64,000 nucleotides of DNA from Actinomycetes bacterium (GTDB taxonomy: Bacteria; Actinomycetota; Acidimicrobiia; Acidimicrobiales; Palsa-688), in NCBI GenBank assembly GCA_021828685.1, contig JAJZDJ010000001.1, forward strand, positions 6,191-70,190, in the 5' to 3' direction. Positions 51,331 through 60,330 of this stretch are shown piece by piece. The position numbers were made by a program, and so were the translations under genes. Within the stretch, counting starts at the first letter, position 1. The number at the start of each line of letters is the position of its first letter. The notes beneath the pieces were generated by a model that worked only from the letters and a program-made list of their open reading frames with translations, did no database searches and was not told where the DNA came from.

Positions 51331-54300
51331 GTGGGATATTCAAACCCCCCAGTGCCGTGGAAGGAGATGGAGGCCACGCTCTCCGGCCGCGCCCGGCCTT
51401 TCCCCTCCCAGGGAGACGGTAGCGACAGTCCAGCCTGGTCCTACAAGCGGCCGGCCTATCGACGTCGCGCCGACTTCAGCTTCGAGCGAGGGGAGGGCGC
51501 TTCACGAGCGCGCTACGCAGAGCTGCACTGTCACTCCAACTTCAGTTTCCTAGACGGCGCTTCGCATCCCGAGGAACTCGCCGAAGAGGCAGCCAGGCTG
51601 GGGCTGACAGCTCTGGCGTTGACCGACCACGACGGTATGTACGGGGTGGTCCGCTTCGCAGAAGCGGCCCGGGAGGTGGGTTTGGCGACTGTGTTCGGAG
51701 TGGAGCTGTCGATTGGCCTTACCCGTTCCCAGGCTGGAGTTCCCGATCCAGAGGGCACGCACCTGGTGGTACTGGCCCGTGACCCGCTCGGCTACACCCG
51801 CCTTTGCAGGGCGGTATCGGTTGCCCATATGAGAGGAATGCAGAAGGGCCGTCCCACCTTGGACATCGAGACATTGTCCGCACTGGGGGCTGGAGGGTTA
51901 CCGGATTTCACCTCTGATGGCATTCCGGTCGGAGAGCCTTCCGGTCTCAGCGGCGAACACTGGCTGGTGCTGACCGGATGTCGCAAAGGATCTCTCACCA
52001 AGGCACTTATGGAGCATGGGCCGTCTCGGGCGGCGGGTGAGTTGCAGAGGCTTCAAAGCTTCTTCGGTAAAGACAATGTGGTGGTGGAACTGTGGGACCA
52101 CGGCGATCCCCTCGACTCGGCCCGCAACGACGCCCTGGTGGACGTGGCGGTCCGCTCGGGGGCTGATCTGGTGGCCACCAACAACGTCCACTACCACCGA
52201 CGGTCACGTCAGCGAATTGCCGGTGCGCTTGCTGCGGTGAGAGCACGACGCAGCCTGGACGACATGGACGGTTGGCTCCCCGGCGCAGCCTTCGCCTACC
52301 TGCGCAGTGGGGAAGACCAGGAGCGACGTTTCGCTCGCTATCCAGGAGTGGTGGAAAGGGCCGCCGAGCTTGGAGCGCAATGCGCCTTCGATTTGAACTT
52401 GCTGGCACCGAAACTGCCTCCATGGCCGGCGCCGGAAGGCCACAGTGAGATGAGCTGGCTGCGTCACCTCGCCGAGGAGGGCGCTGCCCACCGCTACGGA
52501 TCTCGACAGCACCCCCGCCACCCGAAAGCTTGGGGGCAGATCGACTACGAGTTGGAGATGATCGAGCAACTCGGCTTTGCCGGATATTTTCTGATCGTAT
52601 GGGACGTCGTGGAGTTCTGCCGTACCCGTGACATCTTCTGTCAGGGGAGGGGATCGGCGGCCAACTCCGCCGTTTGCTATTCCCTCGGGATCACCAAAGC
52701 CGACGCTGTCGGGTTGGGGCTGCTCTTCGAGCGTTTTCTGTCTCCCGAGCGTGACGGGCCGCCCGACATAGACATCGACATAGAAAGCGGCCGTAGGGAG
52801 GAGGTCATCCAGTACCTCTACCGTCGTTACGGTCGGGGGGCGGCGGCACAGGTAGCCAACGTAATTACCTACAGGCCGCGCTCCGCAGTGCGTGACATGG
52901 GCCGGGCGCTCGGCGCGTCCACAGGCCAACTCGACGCCTGGTCCAAACAGGTGGATGCCTGGGGTCCGCTGGAATCAACCGTTGAACATCAGATACCTGC
53001 CCAGGTTATGGACCTGGCCGGACAGTTGCAGCATTTCCCCCGTCACCTCGGTATCCACTCCGGTGGCATGGTCATCTGCGACCGTCCCGTATCGGAGGTG
53101 TGCCCTGTCGAATGGGCAAGGATGCCTGGGCGCAGCGTCTTGCAGTGGGACAAGGACGACTGTGCGGCGACAGGGCTGGTCAAATTCGACCTTCTTGGGC
53201 TCGGAATGCTGAGCGTGCTTCACTCGAGCGTCGACCACGTGAAGGAGTTCTACGGGCTGGAACTGGACCTGGCGGAGCTGCCTCAAGACGATGAGGTCTA
53301 CGACATGCTTTGCCGGGCTGATTCTGTCGGGGTGTTCCAGGTGGAAAGCCGGGCTCAGATGGCGACGTTGCCGCGGCTCGCTCCTCGCTGCTTCTACGAC
53401 CTGGTTGTAGAGGTGGCTCTGATACGTCCGGGACCTATACAAGGAGGGTCGGTCCACCCCTATATTCGCCGACGTAACGGCACTGAGGCTGTCACTTACC
53501 TGCATCCGCTTTTGGAAAAAAGTTTGGCGAAGACTCTCGGAATCCCCCTTTTCCAAGAACAGTTGATGCAGATGGCCATCGACGTAGCCGGCTTCAGCGG
53601 AGCGGAGTCTGACCAGTTGCGCCAAGCCATGGGCTCGAAGAGGAGCCTTGACAAGATGCAGCGGATACGTGCACGCCTCTACGAGGGTATGGGCGAGCGG
53701 GGGATAACCGGCGGGGTGGCAGACGCCATCTGGGACAAGATGGTGGCGTTCGCCAACTACGGGTTCCCGGAGAGTCATTCGGTGAGCTTCGCATACCTGG
53801 TCTATTCGTCCGCATGGCTCAAATGCCATTACCCGGCTGCTTTTTGTGCCGGTCTTCTTGACGGCCAGCCAATGGGGTTCTGGTCTCCGCAGACTATCGT
53901 CTCAGACGCTCGCCGCCACTGCGTGGAGGTACTCCGACCGGATGTCAATCTAAGCCGGAGCGCTTCTGTGCTCGAGGCGTGTTCGTCAAGCGGGAAGGGA
54001 ACGGCGGCGGTCCGGATGGGATTGACGTACGTCAGGGGAATGGGTAAGGAGGCAGCCGAGCGCGTTGTCGGAGGTCAGCCCTATCTAGACATGGAAGACT
54101 TCCTGCGCCGCAGCGGACTTGATCGAGCCAGGGCTGAGGCACTTGCCACCGCTGGGGCATTTGACAGTTTCGGAGTCAGCCGCCGGAGCGCTTTGTGGGG
54201 TGCGGGGGCGATATCGCCGGTCGGGACCTCCCGAAACGGCACTGCATCCCTCGACGGATTGATCCATGGAGTCGTCGCTCCGCCCCTGCCCGGCATGACC

Positions 54301-54714
54301 CCGGTGGAGACCAACAGCGCGGACTTGTGGTCCACTGGTCTTTCAACAGACAGTTACCCGACGCAGTTCCTGCGATCGGCCCTTGAAGCGGCGGGGGTTT
54401 TGACAGCTGCCAACCTCGCTGGCGCAAGAGCCGGCGAGAAGGTGACAGTCGCAGGGGTGGTAACTCACCGCCAGAGGCCTGCGACGGCGCAAGGGGTGAC
54501 TTTTATCAATCTCGAAGACGAGACCGGACTCATCAACGTGGTCTGCTCGGCTGGAGCTTGGGCACGCTACCGCAAAGTTGCCCGTTCCAGCCCGGCGCTG
54601 TTGGTGAGAGGACGACTGGAGCGCGCTGACTCTGTGACCAATGTCATTGCTGAACGTATAGAAGCCATCTCTTTTGCCAGTTCGGTGCTGCCCACGTCGA
54701 GGGATTTCCGTTGA
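51331..54714 (+). CDS. dnaE2: Error-prone DNA polymerase III alpha subunit DnaE2 (ImuC)
   Basis: 1127 aa. It has a PHP domain (YAELHCHSNFSFLDGAS), a Pol III alpha core (GRGSAANSAVCY, PDIDIDIE) and an OB domain, sits behind an SOS box, and is linked to imuA'B. Confidence 0.9.
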   Translation: MGYSNPPVPWKEMEATLSGRARPFPSQGDGSDSPAWSYKRPAYRRRADFSFERGEGASRARYAELHCHSNFSFLDGASHPEELAEEAARLGLTALALTDHDGMYGVVRFAEAAREVGLATVFGVELSIGLTRSQAGVPDPEGTHLVVLARDPLGYTRLCRAVSVAHMRGMQKGRPTLDIETLSALGAGGLPDFTSDGIPVGEPSGLSGEHWLVLTGCRKGSLTKALMEHGPSRAAGELQRLQSFFGKDNVVVELWDHGDPLDSARNDALVDVAVRSGADLVATNNVHYHRRSRQRIAGALAAVRARRSLDDMDGWLPGAAFAYLRSGEDQERRFARYPGVVERAAELGAQCAFDLNLLAPKLPPWPAPEGHSEMSWLRHLAEEGAAHRYGSRQHPRHPKAWGQIDYELEMIEQLGFAGYFLIVWDVVEFCRTRDIFCQGRGSAANSAVCYSLGITKADAVGLGLLFERFLSPERDGPPDIDIDIESGRREEVIQYLYRRYGRGAAAQVANVITYRPRSAVRDMGRALGASTGQLDAWSKQVDAWGPLESTVEHQIPAQVMDLAGQLQHFPRHLGIHSGGMVICDRPVSEVCPVEWARMPGRSVLQWDKDDCAATGLVKFDLLGLGMLSVLHSSVDHVKEFYGLELDLAELPQDDEVYDMLCRADSVGVFQVESRAQMATLPRLAPRCFYDLVVEVALIRPGPIQGGSVHPYIRRRNGTEAVTYLHPLLEKSLAKTLGIPLFQEQLMQMAIDVAGFSGAESDQLRQAMGSKRSLDKMQRIRARLYEGMGERGITGGVADAIWDKMVAFANYGFPESHSVSFAYLVYSSAWLKCHYPAAFCAGLLDGQPMGFWSPQTIVSDARRHCVEVLRPDVNLSRSASVLEACSSSGKGTAAVRMGLTYVRGMGKEAAERVVGGQPYLDMEDFLRRSGLDRARAEALATAGAFDSFGVSRRSALWGAGAISPVGTSRNGTASLDGLIHGVVAPPLPGMTPVETNSADLWSTGLSTDSYPTQFLRSALEAAGVLTAANLAGARAGEKVTVAGVVTHRQRPATAQGVTFINLEDETGLINVVCSAGAWARYRKVARSSPALLVRGRLERADSVTNVIAERIEAISFASSVLPTSRDFR

Positions 54715-54780
54715 AACCTTCACAGCTGATTCCAAGAATCTGTTAGGGCGGCTCCTAAGTGGCTTCACGACACTTGACAC

Positions 54781-55086
54781 ATGCCCAACCACCGAATCAC
54801 GGCCCGCGACGCCGGCCTTGCAAAGGTCTCGAGAATAACCCGCTGGACCCTTGCCGCCGCCGGGGCTGCGACAGGCGTCTTCTCCATCCTCGCCGCCGAC
54901 TCGTTCTCGGGTCACATCACGGCGCAGGCATCCTCCACGACCGCTCAGGGATCCGCCACGACGGCTTCGAGCGCAAGCTCCAGTTCGGCGAGCCAATCTT
55001 CGTCTTCGGGTTCCGGCCTCCTTCCTTCTTCTACGCCCGTATCATCGTCTGCTGCGGCGCCCACCGTTGTATCAGGTGGCTCCTGA
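54781..55086 (+). CDS. Small membrane-anchored Ser/Thr-rich hypothetical protein
   Basis: 101 aa with GC-rich third positions. An N-terminal hydrophobic anchor (WTLAAAGAATGVFSILAA) is followed by a low-complexity S/T/A tail. I recognise no homology. Confidence 0.4.
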   Translation: MPNHRITARDAGLAKVSRITRWTLAAAGAATGVFSILAADSFSGHITAQASSTTAQGSATTASSASSSSASQSSSSGSGLLPSSTPVSSSAAAPTVVSGGS

Positions 55087-55100
55087 CCTGTACCGACGAC

Positions 55101-56396
55101 ATGATCGACGAGCGCTACATGAACCCTGGGGCTGAGACAACTTCCGAGGCGATGCGGTCAGGCCAACCCAGGCTGCTCGGGAGGCCTGCAGCGACGACGC
55201 TTGGCGACCATCTGGCCCGATATGGAACCCTCCCCCTTTCCAAGGCGGCGTCACTTGTCGCAGAGGTGCGAGCGTCCGGGCTGCGAGGCCGAGGCGGGGC
55301 GGGTTTCCCGACCGCTGTCAAGCTCGAGTCCGTCGCAGCCAACTCGCGCCGCCAGGCTCCTGTGGTCGTCGGGAACGCAACCGAAGGAGAACCCGCCAGC
55401 GTCAAGGACAAGGTTCTCTTGCGAAGCGCCCCTCACCTGGTGTTGGACGGCCTGATCTCTGCGGGTGTGGCGCTCGGCGCGGGCAAGGCGATTCTTTGCA
55501 TCGAACGCCGGGACACCCAGAGCGCCCAATCAGCGCGCAACGCTATCGCCGAGCGATCCCGCTGGGATCCGATAGGAGTCGAAATCGCACTTATCCCGCC
55601 GCGCTACGTAGCAGGGGAGGAGACCGCCCTGGTGTCATGGTTGAACAATGGGGACGCCCGACCCACCTTCGTGCCGCCGAGACCATCAGAGCGGGGAGTC
55701 ATGGGGTTGCCGACGCTCGTCGACAACGTCGAGACCTTGGCCAACATCGCCCTCATCGCGCGCCACGGAGCCGCCGGTTACCGCCTCGCAGGCACCTACG
55801 ACGACCCGGGCACAGCGCTGATCACCGTGCGCGGCGCGGTATCGCAACCCGGCGTGTACGAGCGCGAATTCGGTGTCCCTCTAGCGTCGTTGCTCGGCGA
55901 CGCCGGCCTTCAGGCTGCAACCGGCGTACTGTTCGGCGGGTACTTCGGTACGTGGGTAACCCCGCACGAAGCGGAGCAGGCAGCCTTCTCGAGGGAATCG
56001 CTTCGAGGGTTCGGAGCGTCACCGGGATGCGGCCTTGTAGCGGTCATGCCCGCCGAGCAGTGCCCGCTTCAGGAGGTGTCGGCCGTGCTCGCGTGGCTCG
56101 CTGCGAACTCCGCCGGCCAGTGCGGACCGTGCGCCAACGGACTGCCAGCGATGGCCGGCGCATTCGCGGGCCTCGAGGCCGGGGACCCGAACGGCAGGTC
56201 GGCTAATCTACTGGACCGCTGGTCGACGATGATCGCCGGCCGCGGTGCTTGCAAGCTCCCGGACGGCGCGATCCAGTTCGTGCGTAGCGCTACCCGGGTC
56301 TTTGCCGATCACATCGAACGACATCGCCGCGTCGGGCCATGCCGCGCGAACCTCTCCCAGGTGCTTCCGACCCCGCCGCTTGGCGCATGGCGATGA
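55101..56396 (+). CDS. Stand-alone NuoF-like protein (Complex I 51-kDa family: SLBB plus 4Fe-4S domain)
   Basis: SGLRGRGGAGFPTAVKL, NATEGEPASVKD and the C-terminal Cys cluster GQCGPCANG...GACKLPDG. Confidence 0.75.
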   Translation: MIDERYMNPGAETTSEAMRSGQPRLLGRPAATTLGDHLARYGTLPLSKAASLVAEVRASGLRGRGGAGFPTAVKLESVAANSRRQAPVVVGNATEGEPASVKDKVLLRSAPHLVLDGLISAGVALGAGKAILCIERRDTQSAQSARNAIAERSRWDPIGVEIALIPPRYVAGEETALVSWLNNGDARPTFVPPRPSERGVMGLPTLVDNVETLANIALIARHGAAGYRLAGTYDDPGTALITVRGAVSQPGVYEREFGVPLASLLGDAGLQAATGVLFGGYFGTWVTPHEAEQAAFSRESLRGFGASPGCGLVAVMPAEQCPLQEVSAVLAWLAANSAGQCGPCANGLPAMAGAFAGLEAGDPNGRSANLLDRWSTMIAGRGACKLPDGAIQFVRSATRVFADHIERHRRVGPCRANLSQVLPTPPLGAWR

Positions 56397-56420
56397 AGCC
56401 CCTGTGCCAGGAGCCTCGGG

Positions 56421-58622
56421 GTGCCGACAAACAGCGGTGTGTCGCAGCGTCTATCTCCGACGGGTCGCCAGCGTGAGCGGCCCCTACAAGCGTCGCTGGG
56501 ATGGCACTCTGTAGCTGTGCCCGTCGACGTGCCGCGCCCGACCGGAGCCCTGCGGCCGATAGAGCTTGCGACGGCGTCAGTCTTGGCCGCCCTCGCAGTG
56601 GTACTAACGGTTGCGGGCTGGTTCCTGCCTCACCTCGGTGTCATTGCCGCCCTAGCGGTTGTGCCGCTCGGGGTGGTAGCTCATCGCCACCGCCTCCGGG
56701 CTCTCCTCGTGGCGACATTCAGCGCCTCGGTCCTGTGCTTCTTGGTGGCGGGCACCGGAGCAGTGACCAATATCATCGAGTGCGCAGCCGTCGGCGGGTT
56801 GGTCGGTGTCGCGAAGCGCCGCGGCTGGCATCCCGCAGCCCTCTTCGCCGGCACAGCGGTCATCGGTCCGGCCCTCGGTCTCGCCAGCGTCGCTATCCTC
56901 GCAGTTCTCGGATCTCTGCGGAAGTTGACAATTCTGCAGATTCGCAACACATGGATTGGCGTGCGTCGCATTCTCAGCCTCGCCATTCCGCAGGGAGGCG
57001 CCATCTCGACGCTCAATCATTTCGTCGACGCAGCACTTCGATTGTGGTGGGTGACAGTCTTTGCGATCGTCGTCCTGGCGACCGTCTGGCTGTCGCTCGT
57101 AGCGTGGCTCCTGCTCGGACCGGTGCTCGAACGACTTTCGTGGATCAGCGCAGAGGATCGCCTCGACGAACCTGGCCGGCATCGCGCCGACCCGGGACCG
57201 CTCGGCGCCGGCGATCCTGCACCGGTGCCGGCTTTCCTCGAAGACGTCTCCTACGCGTACCCTGGCGCGGAAGGTCTTGCGGTCCGAGGTGTCTCCCTCG
57301 CCGTTCCTCCTGGGCAGATGGTTGCGCTTGTGGGTGACAACGGTTCTGGAAAGTCAACCTTGATACGACTTCTCGCAGGTCGCCGCCCGACCGGTGGAGT
57401 CGTGCGCCGCGAGGGGGCTGCGGGGCTCGGACGGCCCGGGGGAACGGCGCTGATAATGCAACATCCCGAGACCCAGGTGCTCGGGGTGCGCGTCGAGGAC
57501 GACGTCGTTTGGGGGCTCACCGAGACCGCGGGCGTCGACGTCGACGGCCTCCTCGCTACCGTAGGGCTTGCCGGAATGGGCGGGCGCGAGACGGCGGGTC
57601 TGTCCGGAGGGGAACTGCAGAGGCTGGCCGTGGCTGCCTCCATGGCCCGAGAGCCGGCATTGCTTCTCTCCGACGAATCCACGGCCATGCTTGACGAGCA
57701 GGGACGGCGTTCGCTCAGCAACGTGTTGCGTTCGCTTCCAGGGCGAAACGGTACGACGGTCGTGCACGTCACGCACCGCCACGAAGAGGCGGAACTGGCT
57801 GACCAGATCCACCGTATGAGTTCTGGACAGCTCGTAGCGGACGAGAACGGCTCGGCGCAACGGCGCGAACGAGTCGACGACCTCCCCTCGCATGGGGGAC
57901 ATGTCTCGGAGCGCGAGTCGGTCGAGCCCCGCAGCCCCCGGGTCGTGCCTAGCGGGGCAGCCCCGCTGCGGGTGGTCGACGTGAGCCACACGTACAGCCT
58001 CGGGACGCCCTGGGCCAACCAGGCGCTGAGCCACGTCAACCTCAACATCGATGCCGGCGAAGGGGTGCTCGTCGTAGGCGACAACGGCTCCGGCAAATCG
58101 ACCTTGGCATGGGTACTCGCGGGCCTGCTCAGACCGAGCAGAGGCGCGGCATTTCTCGGGGACCAGCCCGTCTTGGACCAGGTCGGGTCGGTGGCTGTCG
58201 CATTCCAGCACGCCCGCCTGCAGTTGCAACGCTCGAGCGCCGGCGCGGACATACGCGCGGCGGGGGCATGCGACGACGCCTCGGCTCGCTCGGCGTTGAA
58301 CGCCGTGGGCTTGGATCCTTCGGAGTTCTTCGAGCGAAGGGTCGACGCCTTGAGCGGCGGCCAGCAGCGGCGGGTAGCTCTCGCCGGACTGCTCGCATCC
58401 CGTCCGTCGGTCCTCGTATTGGATGAACCTTTCGCAGGCCTGGACGCGTCCGGCCGGGATGGCGTCGCGGATCTGCTCGGAGCGCTACGTCGCGAGCGGG
58501 GAGTTACGGTCGTGATCATCTCCCACGACATGGAAGGCACCGAGCGGATTGCCGAGCGAGTAGTACGCCTTGAAGCAGGTCGAGTCCTTTCGGACGTCTC
58601 GAGGGGCATGCTCCGCCGATGA
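56421..58622 (+). CDS. ECF/CbiO-type transporter fusion: N-terminal about 250-aa membrane domain plus two ABC ATPase domains
   Basis: 5-6 predicted TMs are followed by two full cassettes (GDNGSGKST/LSGGELQRL/LLSDEST and GDNGSGKST/LSGGQQRRV/LVLDEPF). GTG start. It overlaps the EcfT-like gene by 4 nt. Confidence 0.75.
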   Translation: MPTNSGVSQRLSPTGRQRERPLQASLGWHSVAVPVDVPRPTGALRPIELATASVLAALAVVLTVAGWFLPHLGVIAALAVVPLGVVAHRHRLRALLVATFSASVLCFLVAGTGAVTNIIECAAVGGLVGVAKRRGWHPAALFAGTAVIGPALGLASVAILAVLGSLRKLTILQIRNTWIGVRRILSLAIPQGGAISTLNHFVDAALRLWWVTVFAIVVLATVWLSLVAWLLLGPVLERLSWISAEDRLDEPGRHRADPGPLGAGDPAPVPAFLEDVSYAYPGAEGLAVRGVSLAVPPGQMVALVGDNGSGKSTLIRLLAGRRPTGGVVRREGAAGLGRPGGTALIMQHPETQVLGVRVEDDVVWGLTETAGVDVDGLLATVGLAGMGGRETAGLSGGELQRLAVAASMAREPALLLSDESTAMLDEQGRRSLSNVLRSLPGRNGTTVVHVTHRHEEAELADQIHRMSSGQLVADENGSAQRRERVDDLPSHGGHVSERESVEPRSPRVVPSGAAPLRVVDVSHTYSLGTPWANQALSHVNLNIDAGEGVLVVGDNGSGKSTLAWVLAGLLRPSRGAAFLGDQPVLDQVGSVAVAFQHARLQLQRSSAGADIRAAGACDDASARSALNAVGLDPSEFFERRVDALSGGQQRRVALAGLLASRPSVLVLDEPFAGLDASGRDGVADLLGALRRERGVTVVIISHDMEGTERIAERVVRLEAGRVLSDVSRGMLRR

Positions 58623-59452
58623 CTGGGACTGCATCGCGGACGACCCGCTCCGATCGGGCGCATCGGGGCACCCAGATCAACTTTCTCCGCGAGGTCAAAG
58701 TCGACTCCCCGATCCATCGAATGTGGGCGGGAACAAAGATCATTGCGATCGCCGGGATCAGCTTCACGGCGGTGTACTACCCGACGTGGGGCTCGCTCGG
58801 CCTGCTCACGGCGTTGCTTCTCCTCACAACCTTCGCCGCTCACATTCCGCGCGGCGCCTGGCCGCGTCCCCCACTGTGGTTCTGGCTGACGGTGATCGCT
58901 GCCGGTCTCCTAGCGTCGATCGCCGGCGGCTCTCCCTACCTCGATCTTGCCGGGACGAAGCTCGGTCTAGGTGGCCTCGACGCCTACGTGCGCTTCGTGG
59001 CGACAGGGATGCTCCTGCTGCTCGGCGCCGCGGTCCTCGGCTGGACGACGTCGCTCGCCGATATCGCTCCCGCGATATCGAGCCTTCTCCGACCTCTACG
59101 TCTCGTTGCATTCCCTGTCGACGAGGTAGCGGCTTCGATCGCACTGTCGGTGCGCAGCCTTCCGCTACTCGTGGGCGAGATGCGGGCCCTGCTCGCTTTG
59201 CGCAAGCTTCGCCCCCAGACGGCGAAGCCGGGGATGTCCAGCCCGGAAAGACGGTTCGTGCAGCTCGTCGACCTGCTTGTGGCCGCGCTCGCGGTGTCGG
59301 TACGGCGCTCCGGGGAGATGGCAGAGGCGATCACGGCCAGAGGTGGAGTCGGGGCGATTTCGACCCGGACACGTCGCGCCGGCCCGTTCGACGTCGCCGC
59401 GTTGGTCGTCCTGGCGGTTGTCTGCTACGCCGCGAGCTCGTTTCCAACCTGA
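58619..59452 (+). CDS. ECF transporter transmembrane (T) component, CbiQ/EcfT-like
   Basis: 277-aa polytopic protein with Ala-Arg-Gly-type coupling helices (MAEAITARGG), translationally coupled to the ATPase fusion. Confidence 0.72.
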   Translation: MTGTASRTTRSDRAHRGTQINFLREVKVDSPIHRMWAGTKIIAIAGISFTAVYYPTWGSLGLLTALLLLTTFAAHIPRGAWPRPPLWFWLTVIAAGLLASIAGGSPYLDLAGTKLGLGGLDAYVRFVATGMLLLLGAAVLGWTTSLADIAPAISSLLRPLRLVAFPVDEVAASIALSVRSLPLLVGEMRALLALRKLRPQTAKPGMSSPERRFVQLVDLLVAALAVSVRRSGEMAEAITARGGVGAISTRTRRAGPFDVAALVVLAVVCYAASSFPT

Positions 59453-60330
59453 TCGACCGGCACGGATCGCGACGAATCAGATGACAGCGATGCACCGGCA
59501 TTTGCTCCTGCTACCAGGCCCAGAGCGATCCACTCCCGCGCGCTCAGCGTCTGGCCAAGCACGACGAGTCCAGCGAGCGCTGCGAACGCCGGCCCGAGGC
59601 TGAGCATCACCCCGAATCTCCTGGGGCTCACTCGGCGCAGCGTCAGGAGGTCCATGCTGTAGGGGATGATCGACGACAATGCGCCGACCCCGGCACCTAT
59701 CGCCAGGACCCGCGGCGCGAAGAGTGCGGTTCCCCGCGTGATCAACCCGAACGGCGCTATCGCAAGGGCTGCGACGCCCAACGCCCAAGTCAAACCATCG
59801 AGAGACGAGAAGCGCTTTCCTGCCTGCTGGCTCGCCAGAATGTAGCCGGCCCAGAAGGCGCCCGCCAGCAGCGCGAAGGCGACGCCGGCGGGATTGAGCA
59901 CGCTGCCGACCCCGATGCCCAGAAGTGCCACCCCACATCCAGCGACGCAAGCCCATGCAACGTCGCGACGATGCCGGGATGTGACAAGCGACAGGCAAAG
60001 CGGCCCGGAGAACTCGATGGTGACAGCGACGCCTAGTGGAATCCGCGATATCGATTCGTAGAAGGACAGGTTCATAGCGGCGAGGTCGAGGCCGAAAAGG
60101 ACAATAACCCCGAAGTGTCCCCTGAGGGGGAGGCCCTTCTTTCCCCGCAGGAGCAACGTTCCGGCGATCATCGCGGCACCGGCGAAGAAGAGTCGGAGAG
60201 TCGTAGCTCCCTGCGGACCCACCGACGCGAAGAGCTTCGTGGCGAGCGCTGCGCCCACCTGGACGGACAAGGCGCCGAAAGCCACCATCGAAAGTGGGGG
60301 AACACGCCCGGGCCATCTCCGCCAGTTCAC
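59425..60330 (-). CDS. EamA/DMT-family transporter (10 TMS)
   Basis: Two EamA repeats with a typical hydrophobic pattern. The GTG start forms a GTGA overlap with the upstream VirD4-like gene. Confidence 0.83.
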   Translation of the reverse strand: MNWRRWPGRVPPLSMVAFGALSVQVGAALATKLFASVGPQGATTLRLFFAGAAMIAGTLLLRGKKGLPLRGHFGVIVLFGLDLAAMNLSFYESISRIPLGVAVTIEFSGPLCLSLVTSRHRRDVAWACVAGCGVALLGIGVGSVLNPAGVAFALLAGAFWAGYILASQQAGKRFSSLDGLTWALGVAALAIAPFGLITRGTALFAPRVLAIGAGVGALSSIIPYSMDLLTLRRVSPRRFGVMLSLGPAFAALAGLVVLGQTLSAREWIALGLVAGANAGASLSSDSSRSVPVDQVGNELAA

